DNA of 64,000 bases, from positions 4,896,001 through 4,960,000 of the forward strand of contig OY761158.1 in the NCBI GenBank assembly GCA_963664405.1, in the 5' to 3' direction. This DNA is from Thermoanaerobaculia bacterium (GTDB lineage Bacteria > Acidobacteriota > Thermoanaerobaculia > Multivoradales > Multivoraceae). Below the pieces are notes generated by a model that saw only the letters and a program-made list of their open reading frames with translations, did no database searches and was not told where the DNA came from. Every line of letters starts with the position of its first letter. Position 1 is the stretch's first letter. Of the stretch, positions 47,606 to 57,783 are shown in pieces. The translations under genes and the position numbers were made by a program.

Positions 47606-48724
47606 ATGCTCTCGACCCGCACCCTCAACAAAGTGCTTACCGCCACTCTCATCAGCGGTCTCGCGCCGTTTTTGCCGGCGGCCGCGATGGCCGAAGATGG
47701 GGTCCCGAGAACCGCCTCCGGTCGGCCGGATCTCTCCGGCACCTACGACGCGGCTACCCTGACGCCGCTGGTGAGACCCAAAGCGTACGGCGACAATCTG
47801 TATCTAACAAAGGAACAGGCGGACAAGATCGCCGAAGAAGCGAGGCTTCGCATGGAGAAAAGCTTGGCGGCGAGCAATCCGGATCGCGAGGCGCCGCCCG
47901 AAGGCGGTGACGGCTCACCCGGCCCCGGCGGCAATGTGGGGGGCTACAACAACTTCTGGATCGATCGTGGAACCGAGGCCTTCGACGTCGGCGGCAAGTT
48001 TCGGACATCGATCATCATCGATCCGAAGAACGGCCAGGTGCCGCCGATGACAGCGGCGGGGAGAGCGAGCGAAGCGGAAAAAGCCGCAGACTTAGGCTTT
48101 GTTCGTGGAAACGACGGGACGGCCTGGTGGCTCGAGAAGGGAGACGGCAGTGGCCCTTACGACAACGTCGAGCAGCGCAACCTCGCTGAGCGCTGCATGC
48201 TCGGGTTCTCCGGAGCCACACCGACCTTTCCCAGCGTCTACAACAACTTCAAGCGAATCGTGCAGACCGAAGATCACGTGATGATCCTGATCGAAATGGT
48301 GCACGACGCTCGCATCGTGCGTATGAAGTCGGAGGGGCACCCCGTAGCGCACCTACCGGCCTCCGAGACGACCTGGCTCGGCGACTCGATCGGCTGGTGG
48401 GAAGGCGACACTCTGGTGGTCGACAGCACCAACTTCAACCCTGCGGCTAGTAACCTGGCGGCGACTAAAGGAGGCTCCGGAGACCTGCACGTCGTCGAGC
48501 GTTTCACCCGGCTCGAGGACGGCAATGTGCTCTACAACTTCACCATGGAAGACGACACGGTCTGGGAGACGCCCTGGACCGGCGAGTACGTCTGGCGTGC
48601 CAGCGACCAGAAGGTCTACGAGTACGCTTGCCACGAAGGGAACTACTCCCTCGGCAACATCATGCGCGGAGCTCGGCTACTGGAGCAGGAAGCCTTAGCA
48701 GCGAAGCCGAGTGCAACCCACTGA
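47606..48724 (+). CDS. Secreted 'YACHEGNY' family protein (copy 2)
   Basis: RBS GGAGGAG, signal peptide and the same motifs as 269; mature part near-identical to 61416-62534. Confidence 0.88.
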   Translation: MLSTRTLNKVLTATLISGLAPFLPAAAMAEDGVPRTASGRPDLSGTYDAATLTPLVRPKAYGDNLYLTKEQADKIAEEARLRMEKSLAASNPDREAPPEGGDGSPGPGGNVGGYNNFWIDRGTEAFDVGGKFRTSIIIDPKNGQVPPMTAAGRASEAEKAADLGFVRGNDGTAWWLEKGDGSGPYDNVEQRNLAERCMLGFSGATPTFPSVYNNFKRIVQTEDHVMILIEMVHDARIVRMKSEGHPVAHLPASETTWLGDSIGWWEGDTLVVDSTNFNPAASNLAATKGGSGDLHVVERFTRLEDGNVLYNFTMEDDTVWETPWTGEYVWRASDQKVYEYACHEGNYSLGNIMRGARLLEQEALAAKPSATH

Positions 48725-48742
48725 AGGGCTGGCCGACCGCGC

Positions 48743-50389
48743 CTATCTTCCGTCTTGTGCAGCCACCGACTCCAGAATCGCCTCCAGCTCTCCCAGGTCG
48801 ATCCCGCCGTCGCCGTTGCCGTCGATGAAAGCAAAGTTCTGCTTCAATCCACCCTGTGCTTCGCTCTCGCTGATCTTCTTGTCGCTGTCTGTATCTAACG
48901 TAGACAGGATTGATAGAGCCCGATCCGGAGAGGGCGATGCTTGCGATTGCCCACCTCGAGGCTCGGTCATGGTGGCGTTCCACTTGTCCCACAGAGCCTT
49001 CAACTCTTCGACCTTGTCCGGCTCGCTCGCGGCGAGGTCACGGGTTTCGCCAATGTCGTCGCGCAAGTTGTACAGCCGGTGCGGGGTGAGCGGCGGGTTC
49101 TCCGAGCGATGCACATCCCCTTCGTCGATCTTGTTCATGTACCTCACCAGCTTCCAGTCTCCCCGGCGAACGGCCGTCTGTCCGATCGTGAGCCAATAGA
49201 GCGCTTCGTGGGGTGGAGCGGTGGATCGATTCTCGAGTTGGGGCAGGATGTTCACCCCGTCGAGCTTCCAGTCCGGCTCCGCTTCGACTCCCGCCGCAGC
49301 CAACGCCGTGGGCAGAATGTCCAATTGGATCACCGGCTGATCGTAAACCTCACCGGCCGGCAGATGTCCTTTCCACGAAACGACGAACGGCACGCGGATA
49401 CCGCCCTCGAGCGAGGTTCCTTTCGAACCGCGGAGCGGCGTGTTGCGTGAGGCGTTGTACGCAAATTTATGGATGGTTGGCCCGCCATTGTCGCTGAGAA
49501 AGAAGATCAACGTGTCCTCTTCCAAGTCGGCTTGTTTCAATTTATCGATCACCCGTCCAATGGCATCATCCATTGCCAGCGTCATCGCGGCATAGGTGCG
49601 CCGGACCGGATCCTTGATGGCCGCGAACTTCGCCAGCCGCACATCGTCAGCGTGCATCGGCGTGTGCACCGCGTTGAACGACAGGTACAAGAAGAACGGA
49701 TCGTCCTGGTGTCGCTCGATAAATGAAACCGCCTCGCGACCGAACGCATCGGTCAGGTACCCCGGTTCCTCAACCGACTCGGTACCGCGAAGAATGTTCC
49801 CCTCCATGCGGCTTCCAACGTCCTGCCCGGCTCCCGTGCGATCTGGGAAGACGATGTTCGGCAATCCGTTCTGGTAGCTGTGCCCGCCACCCAAGAACCC
49901 GAAGAGCTCATCAAAGCCCCGTTGTTGCGGATGATAGTCGGGCGTGGTTCCCAAATGCCATTTCCCAACGATGCCGGTGGCGTACCCGGCTGCCCGCAGA
50001 CGATCCGCAATGGTGGTTTCCGACAAAGGCAAACTCAGGGGGGGTCGGGCGCGGGCCTTCTCATCGGCCGCTACGCCTTGACCGTGCCCGCCGGTGGGTT
50101 CGTGGCCCCAGCGTTCTTGATATCGCCCGGTCAAGAGGCCGGCCCGGGTCGGGCTGCACCAGCTTGCCGACACATAACCGCTGGTAAACCGCACGCCGCT
50201 TCGGGCCAACGCGTCCAGATTTGGTGTGGGAATGTCCCGGCCTCCCTGGAAACCAAGGTCGCCATATCCCAAGTCGTCGGCCATGATGATCAAGATATTG
50301 GGCTTGCGCTCCGCCGCCGCCGCGACGGAGGTGAACACCACCGCGGCCATCGCCGCAAACAGTAGATTTGTGCAGCGCATTGTTTTCAT
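48743..50389 (-). CDS. Secreted sulfatase with a C-terminal EF-hand pair
   Basis: PNILIIMADDLG, CSPTRAGLLTGR, GKWHLG and SDNGG; tail DTDSDKKISESE...DGNGDGGIDLGE. Confidence 0.92.
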   Translation of the reverse strand: MKTMRCTNLLFAAMAAVVFTSVAAAAERKPNILIIMADDLGYGDLGFQGGRDIPTPNLDALARSGVRFTSGYVSASWCSPTRAGLLTGRYQERWGHEPTGGHGQGVAADEKARARPPLSLPLSETTIADRLRAAGYATGIVGKWHLGTTPDYHPQQRGFDELFGFLGGGHSYQNGLPNIVFPDRTGAGQDVGSRMEGNILRGTESVEEPGYLTDAFGREAVSFIERHQDDPFFLYLSFNAVHTPMHADDVRLAKFAAIKDPVRRTYAAMTLAMDDAIGRVIDKLKQADLEEDTLIFFLSDNGGPTIHKFAYNASRNTPLRGSKGTSLEGGIRVPFVVSWKGHLPAGEVYDQPVIQLDILPTALAAAGVEAEPDWKLDGVNILPQLENRSTAPPHEALYWLTIGQTAVRRGDWKLVRYMNKIDEGDVHRSENPPLTPHRLYNLRDDIGETRDLAASEPDKVEELKALWDKWNATMTEPRGGQSQASPSPDRALSILSTLDTDSDKKISESEAQGGLKQNFAFIDGNGDGGIDLGELEAILESVAAQDGR

Positions 50390-50476
50390 CCTCAGATTCT
50401 CATTTCTGCGCCCGTCGGCTACTGCGCCGTCGCGAGAGCGTTTACATTGCTGATCAGCGCCAGCACTAAGACCAAC

Positions 50477-51760
50477 TTACAACAGTTGCAAGATCGGCAC
50501 TGTCACTGACGATAGGGTGTCGCCCAGCTGCTTGTTGGAGCGAATGCCGGTGAAGAACGTGCTTCCCATCATGTCCCCGAAGTACTTGACGCCTGGGTAG
50601 TAGACCAGAACGACAACGTCGAAGTCGGCATCTCCCTCCAGCTTGACGGCTTGGCCAACGTGTAGGGGGCCATGACCGCCCTCGGCAAACAGAGCCATCA
50701 TTTCCTTGCCGTAAGACGCATTCGCCTGTAGTTGTTCGCCCTCGCCGAACTTCTGAAAGTTCACGATGACGATCGCATCTTCGCTGTACGCCGCGTGCTC
50801 TGCCGCCAGCTCTGCGAAGAGCTGAGCTTGTTGCTTCGCGGCGGCCGACTCGTCCGGTACCCTTTGGAATGGGAGTCGCTTTGGCTCGTGGTTCAACGTT
50901 TGCTGAATTCGTGTGGCCAACAGGTTCGCCGGCATCCTCAAGTTCTCGAGCGAGTCGCGATTGAGGCCAATCGAGTAGGTTGTCTCGAAGGCCGAGAGCA
51001 TCTCCTTATATTCGGCACTCGCGGTCAGTTCATTCCATTGCTCACGGCTGTTGAGTTGCAGAACGGCAAAGACATCCCATTGGCTCTCGGCGAGTTGCTT
51101 TGACGCGAGTCCAGCGAACGCCGTCTTGCCGACGTAAACAACCTCGCCGCCGAGCTCTTCGAGGACGCGTTTATACTCCTTCATCGTTTCGATCAAGTCG
51201 GCGTCGGCACCCAGTTTCAGCGATGTCACGACATGCAAAACATTGGGTCCGTGTACATGGCGTTGATGATCGTGAACGGTGTTTTTCTGGACTGAGAAGT
51301 AGCGTTGCTGTTCTTCAACAACCGCACTGGCCACCATCTGGTAGAGCTGCATGGACTCGGCTTGGCTCAGCTTTCCAGACTCAGCGAGGGCTTCGAATCT
51401 CGCCGTCAAGGCATCGAAGGCAGGTGCGTCGAAGGCCGGACCGCTCGTACCGGAAGGAGAAGCACCCGCGGCAGAACCACCTCCACCGCTCCTGGATGCG
51501 ACCAACTCGAGAACGCGCTCCAGTTCTCCTAGATCGATGCCGCCGTCGCCATTGGCGTCGATCATCGGGAAGTTCGCTTTCATGTCATCCACCGCTTCGT
51601 CCCTACTAATCGCGCCACTATTGTCGCCGTCGAGCGCGTCAAGGATTTGTTGAGGCGACTGGGCAGCCGCGGCAGGAGAGAACATGAAAGCGGCCATCGC
51701 CGCAATCACGAGCCCAGCCATCGGACGTGAACTGATGATCTTCGCCGGATCGATTCTCAT
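50477..51760 (-). CDS. Secreted protein with an N-terminal EF-hand pair and two DUF1330-like (dimeric alpha/beta barrel) domains
   Basis: RBS AGGAG; DGDNSGAISRDE and DANGDGGIDLGE; GGEVVYVG...WD and GHGPLHVG...FDVVVLVYYP. Confidence 0.7.
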   Translation of the reverse strand: MRIDPAKIISSRPMAGLVIAAMAAFMFSPAAAAQSPQQILDALDGDNSGAISRDEAVDDMKANFPMIDANGDGGIDLGELERVLELVASRSGGGGSAAGASPSGTSGPAFDAPAFDALTARFEALAESGKLSQAESMQLYQMVASAVVEEQQRYFSVQKNTVHDHQRHVHGPNVLHVVTSLKLGADADLIETMKEYKRVLEELGGEVVYVGKTAFAGLASKQLAESQWDVFAVLQLNSREQWNELTASAEYKEMLSAFETTYSIGLNRDSLENLRMPANLLATRIQQTLNHEPKRLPFQRVPDESAAAKQQAQLFAELAAEHAAYSEDAIVIVNFQKFGEGEQLQANASYGKEMMALFAEGGHGPLHVGQAVKLEGDADFDVVVLVYYPGVKYFGDMMGSTFFTGIRSNKQLGDTLSSVTVPILQLL

Positions 51761-51953
51761 GATGCCTTCTCCTATGCGTAACACGACCTTTCTCGGACAT
51801 TCCCGTAGATTGACACAAATGCCTACTATTGTCACCAGGAGTGACAACGATGGTTTAGCCACGTGGGCCAGAGCCCAGACTCGAGGTGTCAGCCTCTTGT
51901 TGACGAACCGCCCGGCAGCAGAAGGCTGCCGGTCGCTTTTGCAGCCGTAGCCC

Positions 51954-52729
51954 TCAGCGACTCTGGTTGAACACGGGCTTTCTCTTCTCGAGAAACGCCC
52001 TCATGCCCTCCTGAGCGTCCGCCGAGCCACGAGTGCTCTTCACCGCACGCTGCTCGTCTCGGATCGACTCGGCGAGGGTCTTGGACTCGAATCCGACGAC
52101 GGTCTCGAACACACCCTTGACCGCGAGCCTGGGCTGCGCGGCGAGATCCCGGGCGAGCTCCTGGGCGGCTCCCTTGAGATCGGCGAGCGGCCAGACCTCA
52201 TTGACCAGTCCGATCCGGAGCGCCTCGTGCCCGTCGATCTTCTTGGCGCGGAGAATCATGTCGAGCGCATGGTTCCGGCCGACGCAGCGGAGCCGCCCCA
52301 CGCGGGCAGGGCGCCGAGGTCCAGCTCCGGAAGCCCGATCTGGGCTCCTTCGGCGGCGGCCAGTCGGAAATGGCAGGCGAGCGGCAGCTCCAGCCCGCCG
52401 CCAAGGCAGAACCCGAATAGCGTGGCGATCGAGGGCTTGCCGCAATGCTCGATGAGGTGCAACAGGTCGAGGCGCTCCTTGAAGAACGCCTCACTGCTGC
52501 CGGCCCGCCGGACGCCCTCCGGGATCTGTTTGAGATTCATTCCTGCCGAGAAGTGATCGAGCCCTTCCGCGGTGAAGACGATCGCTCGCACTTCGTCGTC
52601 GGCGACCAGCTTGGGGAAGAGCTCCCGCAGCGCGTCGATGTACTCCAGGGTCATCAGATTGTACGGTGCGCCGTTGATGCTCACCGTCGCCACGGCGTCT
52701 TCGACGGTCAGGAGAAGCGGCTCGGTCAT
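51954..52729 (-). pseudogene. Enoyl-CoA hydratase/isomerase, frameshifted at ~52287
   Basis: FSAGMNL, GGGLEL and GLPE..LG.LPAWGGS in one frame; CVGRNHALDMIL...EGMRAFLEKRKPVF in another. A few codons appear deleted at the join. Confidence 0.85.
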
Positions 52730-52822
52730 GGTGTGTTCCTTTCACATGGCCCGCTCCGGATGCGCCGTCCTCGGCGCCATGAGCAACTAGGCTCCACAAA
52801 TGATATTCATCATTTGTGGAGC

Positions 52823-53692
52823 CTAGTTCTTGACCAGCGGTCGCACCTCTTCAGCGACCTTGCTCATTGCGGCGACGATCTCGTCCAGACCCCTGGCCCG
52901 CGGCGCGAACTGAATCTGGGTCAGGCCCATCTCCGCGAGCTCGTCGATGTCGCTGGCAATCTGCGCCGACTCACCGACGCACATCATGCGGCCCTCTCCG
53001 ACCGGCGGCGGCCCCTCCATGGCACGCATGCAGACCGCACCGACCGGCTTGCCCGCCTTATCGCACTCCTCGCGATACGAAGCGACCCGCTCGCGGAAGC
53101 TCTCAGCTGTCAGGTTGAGTGGCATCCAGCCGGTCCCGCGCGTCGCGGCGCGGCGGATCGACTGCGGCAAGCTGCCGCCAACCCACACCGGGAGGGGATT
53201 CTGAATCGGCTTGGGGTTCTGACGCATGTTCTCGAAGCCGACGAAGCGGCCCTCGAACGTGGTCGGGTCGGTGGTCCAGAGCGCATGCATCGCGTCGAGG
53301 TATTCGTCGCAGATGGCTCCGCGTTTGTGGAAGTCGACGTTGACCGACTCCATTTCGGACTCCAGCCAGCCGACACCTGTGCCGAGGATGATGCGCCCGC
53401 CCGACATGTGATCGAGGGTGGCGATCATGTTCGCGTTCAAGACCGCCGAGCGCAGCGGAATCACGATCACGCTGGCGCCGATCCGGATGCGCTCGGTGGC
53501 TCCCACCATCGCCGCCATCACGATGTACGGATCGTAGATCCGGTCCGGTACGCGGCCCCCCTCCGGCACGATGATGTGGTCGTTCACGTAGACCGCATCG
53601 AAGCCGAAGGTCTCGGCCGCCTTGGCCGCTTGCTCCATCACACCGGGTTGCGCGCTCGGTCCCAGGTTGGGGATGACGATTCCGTACTCCAT
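52823..53692 (-). CDS. LLM-class (probably F420-dependent) oxidoreductase
   Basis: GFDAVYVNDH, ATLDHMSGGRIILGTGVGW..E and PKPIQ..LPVWVGG. Confidence 0.88.
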   Translation of the reverse strand: MEYGIVIPNLGPSAQPGVMEQAAKAAETFGFDAVYVNDHIIVPEGGRVPDRIYDPYIVMAAMVGATERIRIGASVIVIPLRSAVLNANMIATLDHMSGGRIILGTGVGWLESEMESVNVDFHKRGAICDEYLDAMHALWTTDPTTFEGRFVGFENMRQNPKPIQNPLPVWVGGSLPQSIRRAATRGTGWMPLNLTAESFRERVASYREECDKAGKPVGAVCMRAMEGPPPVGEGRMMCVGESAQIASDIDELAEMGLTQIQFAPRARGLDEIVAAMSKVAEEVRPLVKN

Positions 53693-53734
53693 GAGGCACC
53701 TCCACTCAGACGGGTGCGGAGAAGGGTCCGCCCC

Positions 53735-54712
53735 TCAACGACCTTGCACAGGATTGGCAGCGATGAAGTCCACGATGATGCGAGCCAACTGTGCGCCGTG
53801 GGATTCCTGAATGAAGTGACCGGCGCCTTCGACGATCAGGTGTTCCTGGTCCTGGGCCCCTGGAATCTCGCGCTGGAACTTCTCGTCCTGATCGCCTAGG
53901 ACGGGATCGCTGTCTCCGAAGGCAGTCAAGAACGGCTTTTCCCACTTCTTGAACACTTCCCAGGCGGCGAGGTTGGCCTCGCGAGCCGGGTCGTCCGTAG
54001 TCACCGGAACCCGCTGCGGCATGATGAGAGGCCCCGCCTTGTAGCGAGGATCGGGAAAGGGCGCGTCGTACGCCGCCTGCAACGCAGGGTCGCCGCTGTT
54101 CCGCGCCAACATCATGCCGGTCGGGATGTCGCCACGGTCGATCATGCCCTGATTCGTTCCTTTCCAGTTCATGAAGGCTGCGGAGATCTGGTCGTCTCCG
54201 GTCGGCAGGGCGGTATTGGAGATCACCACCCGAGCGAAGCGATCCGGCCTCTCGGCCACCACCCGCAGGCCGATGAGACCACCCCAGTCCTGGCCGAAGA
54301 AGGTTGCGCCGCGCAGGTCGAGCGCCTCGACCAGCTGCTTCATCACGTCGACGTGGAACTCGTAGGTGTGGACCTCCATCTCGGCCGGCTTGTCTGAGCG
54401 TCCAAAGCCGACCAGGTCCGGCACGATCACCCGATGCCCCGCGGCCGTCAATACCGGGATCATCTTGCGAAAGAGGTAGGCCCAGGTCGGCTCGCCGTGG
54501 ATCAGTAGAATCGTCTCACCGTCCCTCGGTCCCTCGTCCAGGTAGTGGACTCTGTAGCCTTCGATCTCCTGATAGCGCGGCTCGAAGGCGAAACCGGGAA
54601 GATTCTGAAAACGATCGTCCGGCGTGCGAAAGACCCCGGGCCGGATCTGCTCACCACCGACAGCTGCGGCCACCAGTGCGACCGATGCGAACACGAGAAT
54701 GTTGCGAATCAT
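53735..54712 (-). CDS. Haloalkane dehalogenase (HLD-I-like) with signal peptide
   Basis: FRTPDDRF.NLPG, HGEPTWAYLFRKMIP, GFGRSDKP, GQDWGGLIG, AYDAPFP and GHFIQE. Confidence 0.88.
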   Translation of the reverse strand: MIRNILVFASVALVAAAVGGEQIRPGVFRTPDDRFQNLPGFAFEPRYQEIEGYRVHYLDEGPRDGETILLIHGEPTWAYLFRKMIPVLTAAGHRVIVPDLVGFGRSDKPAEMEVHTYEFHVDVMKQLVEALDLRGATFFGQDWGGLIGLRVVAERPDRFARVVISNTALPTGDDQISAAFMNWKGTNQGMIDRGDIPTGMMLARNSGDPALQAAYDAPFPDPRYKAGPLIMPQRVPVTTDDPAREANLAAWEVFKKWEKPFLTAFGDSDPVLGDQDEKFQREIPGAQDQEHLIVEGAGHFIQESHGAQLARIIVDFIAANPVQGR

Positions 54713-54812
54713 CTGATTTGACCTCCCCGTCGAGCGAGCCACATCCTAATCCATACGAGGTCTCGGAGCCACCGCCAGCGGTAGGCGACGCAGGCCCGGG
54801 TGAACACGACGC

Positions 54813-55979
54813 TCACAACGCGGCGTAGACGGCATCGACCAAGGCGATGTTGCGTGGATCGCGCCAGGCAAAGCCTTGATGGTTCATGTGGTAAGCGAAA
54901 CCCAGAGGCACGTCGGGGTCGCCGAATCCAAGGTGCCCGCCGTTGCCGTAGTGGCCGAACGCGCGTGGCGACGTGCCTAAGGGCCGGTCCGGCTGGCTGA
55001 GCTGAAGCCCCAGTCCGAACTTCGTCGGACGCTCTATGACGAGGTCAGGACCGTCCGAGCGCGGTGTGATTGCGTCGAGTAGCGCTGCCTGTCCTGGGAT
55101 GTGCGCATGTGGCTTGCCGCCGACGGAGCTCGCCATCAGGCCGAATATCTTCGCCACGGCCCGCGCGTTCGCTTGCGGGCTGGTCGACGGGAACTCGGCC
55201 GCGCGCCATTCAAAGCTGTTCAAAACCGACGGATCCAGCGTCGGATTGTTGTAGACCATCCAGCGCATCTTTCCAAGGTGGTCGTCATCGGCTGGTTTGC
55301 CGGGGGGTAGAGGGACGGAGCGCTTAAAATCGGGCGGCGGCGGCGAGAAGATGAGATCAGCTACGCGATCCGCGTCGCGCTGGTGGATACCGATGTAGAA
55401 GTCGGCGTTGAGGGGCCCGGCGATGTGCTCCCGGAAGTACTTGCCCACGCGTTGGCCCGTCACGCGCCGCACAATCTCACCGTTCAGAAATCCGTAGGTG
55501 TTGGCGTGATAGCCGTGCGCAGTGCCGGGTTCCCACCACGGCGTCTGATCCGCCAGCGCTTGGGTCATCGTATCCCAGTGAAAAAAGGCATCGTCGGGCA
55601 ACGCTCTTTCGATGCCGGGCAGCCCCCCTCTGTGTGCCAACGCCATCGCCAGTGTCATCTCATCCTTGCCGCCGCGGCCAAACTCCGGCCAGTAACGGAC
55701 GACCTTGTCGTCGGGCGACAGATCGCCGGTGTCGAAGAGGCCGATCAGGCAGAGTGCTGTCATGGCCTTGCCGAGCGACCAGACGTTCACGATGCCGTCC
55801 TTGGGCCATGGCCTGGTGCGCTCGGCGTCGAGATAACCGCCCCACAGATCCACCACGGGCCGGTCGTCGAGATAGACGGCCACGGTTGCGCCGACGTCGC
55901 CGCGTGCCGTGAAGTTCTCGTAAAAGGCGTCGCGCACGCCGGCGAATCTCGTGTCACAGGTGCCGTGAATCTCTGTCAC
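54813..55979 (-). CDS. Serine hydrolase, beta-lactamase/family VIII esterase
   Basis: VVDLWGG, WSLGK (SxxK), WEPGTAHGYH and FGHYGNGG. Confidence 0.9.
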   Translation of the reverse strand: MTEIHGTCDTRFAGVRDAFYENFTARGDVGATVAVYLDDRPVVDLWGGYLDAERTRPWPKDGIVNVWSLGKAMTALCLIGLFDTGDLSPDDKVVRYWPEFGRGGKDEMTLAMALAHRGGLPGIERALPDDAFFHWDTMTQALADQTPWWEPGTAHGYHANTYGFLNGEIVRRVTGQRVGKYFREHIAGPLNADFYIGIHQRDADRVADLIFSPPPPDFKRSVPLPPGKPADDDHLGKMRWMVYNNPTLDPSVLNSFEWRAAEFPSTSPQANARAVAKIFGLMASSVGGKPHAHIPGQAALLDAITPRSDGPDLVIERPTKFGLGLQLSQPDRPLGTSPRAFGHYGNGGHLGFGDPDVPLGFAYHMNHQGFAWRDPRNIALVDAVYAAL

Positions 55980-56332
55980 TTACCTTGCGCTCCTTCTGGT
56001 CTCTGTCGTCGACCACACCGCACCCGCTCGGGAGGACCTGAGGCACCTCCCACTTGATGTCTGCGGCCCAACCGGCGTCGGCGAATCGACAACGTAGGCT
56101 ACGGGGTTCGCTTTCCAGGAAGGTTCGCCTTCCCGGAAGGACTGTAGCGGAGGCAGAATAGGGCATCAAGCTCCGAGAAACGTGCGTCACCTGAGCTTCG
56201 AGGATTTCGAAGAAGTCGAAGGCAAGGAACGGAAGATCGGAGGCAAGAGGATCGAGAGCAGCCCCGTCCCCAGCGCCTCAGGCTAGCGCCGGCCGTCCAG
56301 GGCCCCCCCCCTCGCTGGGTTAGAGTGGAGCG

Positions 56333-57463
56333 ATGACGAGAGCGATCTTCAGTGAGGCGCCGTACCCGATCCGTTCGGACCTGGATCAAGCGACGCGCAA
56401 AGCCTGGGAGTCCCTCGGGAGGCCCGGAAACTGGTGGACCGGCGCGGAACGCGCAGCGTTCGTCGCGGAGGTTCGCTCTGCGCGGGATTGTCGCTTGTGC
56501 GCGGATCGAGCGGATGCGCTCAGTCCCTACGCCATCCAAGGACAGCATGAGATCGCGAGCGACCTTCCGGCGGTTGCCATCGAGGCAACACACCGGCTGA
56601 CCACGGACGCGGCTCGCCTCAGCGAGAAAGCCGTTCGTGAATGGAACGCTGCCGGCCTCACGGATGAGGCCTACGTCGAGATCGTCAGCATCGTGTCCAC
56701 GGTGATGGGCATCGACGCCTTCTGCGACGCTCTGGAGATCCCCCTACTTCCGCTCCCGGAGGTGCAGGCCGGTGAGCCTTCCCGCTACCGACCCGCGGAG
56801 GCCGTCGACGATGGTGCCTGGGTTCCCATGATCCCCAACAATGGCGAGGGTGAGAGCGAAGCCGACCTCTACGCTCGGCTTCCCCCTTCCCGCCCGTTCG
56901 TGCCGAACGTGATTCGGGCCATGTCCCTGGTGCCCGATGCCGTGCGCAATCTGCTCGATCTCCTGTTTCCCTTCTACCTGGTGGGTCGCATCCCAAAGTC
57001 CGGCTACAGCCTGGACGGCCGGCAGACCGAGTTGATCGCCGGCCGCGTATCCGCCCTCAACGAGTGTTTCTACTGAACGGCCGCACACGCACAACAGCTC
57101 CGTGCGAGCAGTCAGGGCAGCGAAGTGGATTTCGAGGCGATCACCAAGGGTGCCGGCGATGGAGTGACCGGGGTGGCGTCTGGCGCAGAGTTGATCGCCT
57201 ACGCGGATGCGGTGGTTGCCCGATCTCCGGATGTGGCACAGAGCCGCGACGCCGTCCAGAAGTCGATGGGAGATGCAGCGGTCGTCGACGCCGCCGCCGT
57301 CATCGCGAACTTTCAGCGCATGGTTCGCATCGCCGATGGAATTGGAATCCCCCTCGGCGAAGAGCTCGATCTTCGCTCGGCGGACCTTCGACAGGAGATC
57401 GGGATCAACGAGTTTGCTAGTGCCGAGGGGCGCGGCAGTAGCGGGCCACTGCGGTCCCCTTAG
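56333..57463 (+). CDS. Selenoprotein: AhpD/carboxymuconolactone-decarboxylase-like with CxxU
   Basis: ORFs 56333-57076 and 57125-57463 are in frame across TGA 57074-76, reading ELIAGRVSALNECFY-U-TAAH (family motif NxCxxCxxxH). Downstream VIANFQRMVRIADGIG. Confidence 0.85.
57097..57109 (+). promoter_or_regulatory. Putative SECIS apical hairpin
   Basis: GCTC-CGTGC-GAGC begins 20 nt after the UGA; short stem. Confidence 0.55.
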
Positions 57464-57468
57464 GGTCG
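57324..57468 (+). repeat. 145-bp direct repeat, copy 1
   Basis: Identical by eye to 63122-63266. Confidence 0.9.
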
Positions 57469-57546
57469 ACTGGGGCCGATCGGCGCGAAGGTGGCGAACC
57501 GCGCCCTGGCGGCCCTCCATCCTGTGTACTGCGCTAAAATCCTACG

Positions 57547-57780
57547 GTGCACGAAGCTCAGTCACGGAAAGACACCTCGACGCTCGAGGAGAGAAGTCGA
57601 AGGCGGCGCGAGCAACTCGTCGCCAACCGCACCGAGAGTTTCGACGACGCTGAAGCGTGGGATCTCGATTTCTGGCAGAGCCAGACTCCCTCCGCGAGAT
57701 TGTCGGCGCTGGTAGCGATCCGGCGCGAAGTGGAGATTGTGGAAGCGGCGCGCAAGAAGGACGGCCGTAGGAGACCTTAG
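57547..57780 (+). CDS. Small hypothetical protein, partner of the nucleotidyltransferase (TA-like)
   Basis: SFDDAEAWDLDFWQSQTPSARL motif; 3 bp upstream of the NTase gene. Start uncertain. Confidence 0.65.
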   Translation: MHEAQSRKDTSTLEERSRRRREQLVANRTESFDDAEAWDLDFWQSQTPSARLSALVAIRREVEIVEAARKKDGRRRP

Positions 57781-57783
57781 GTC

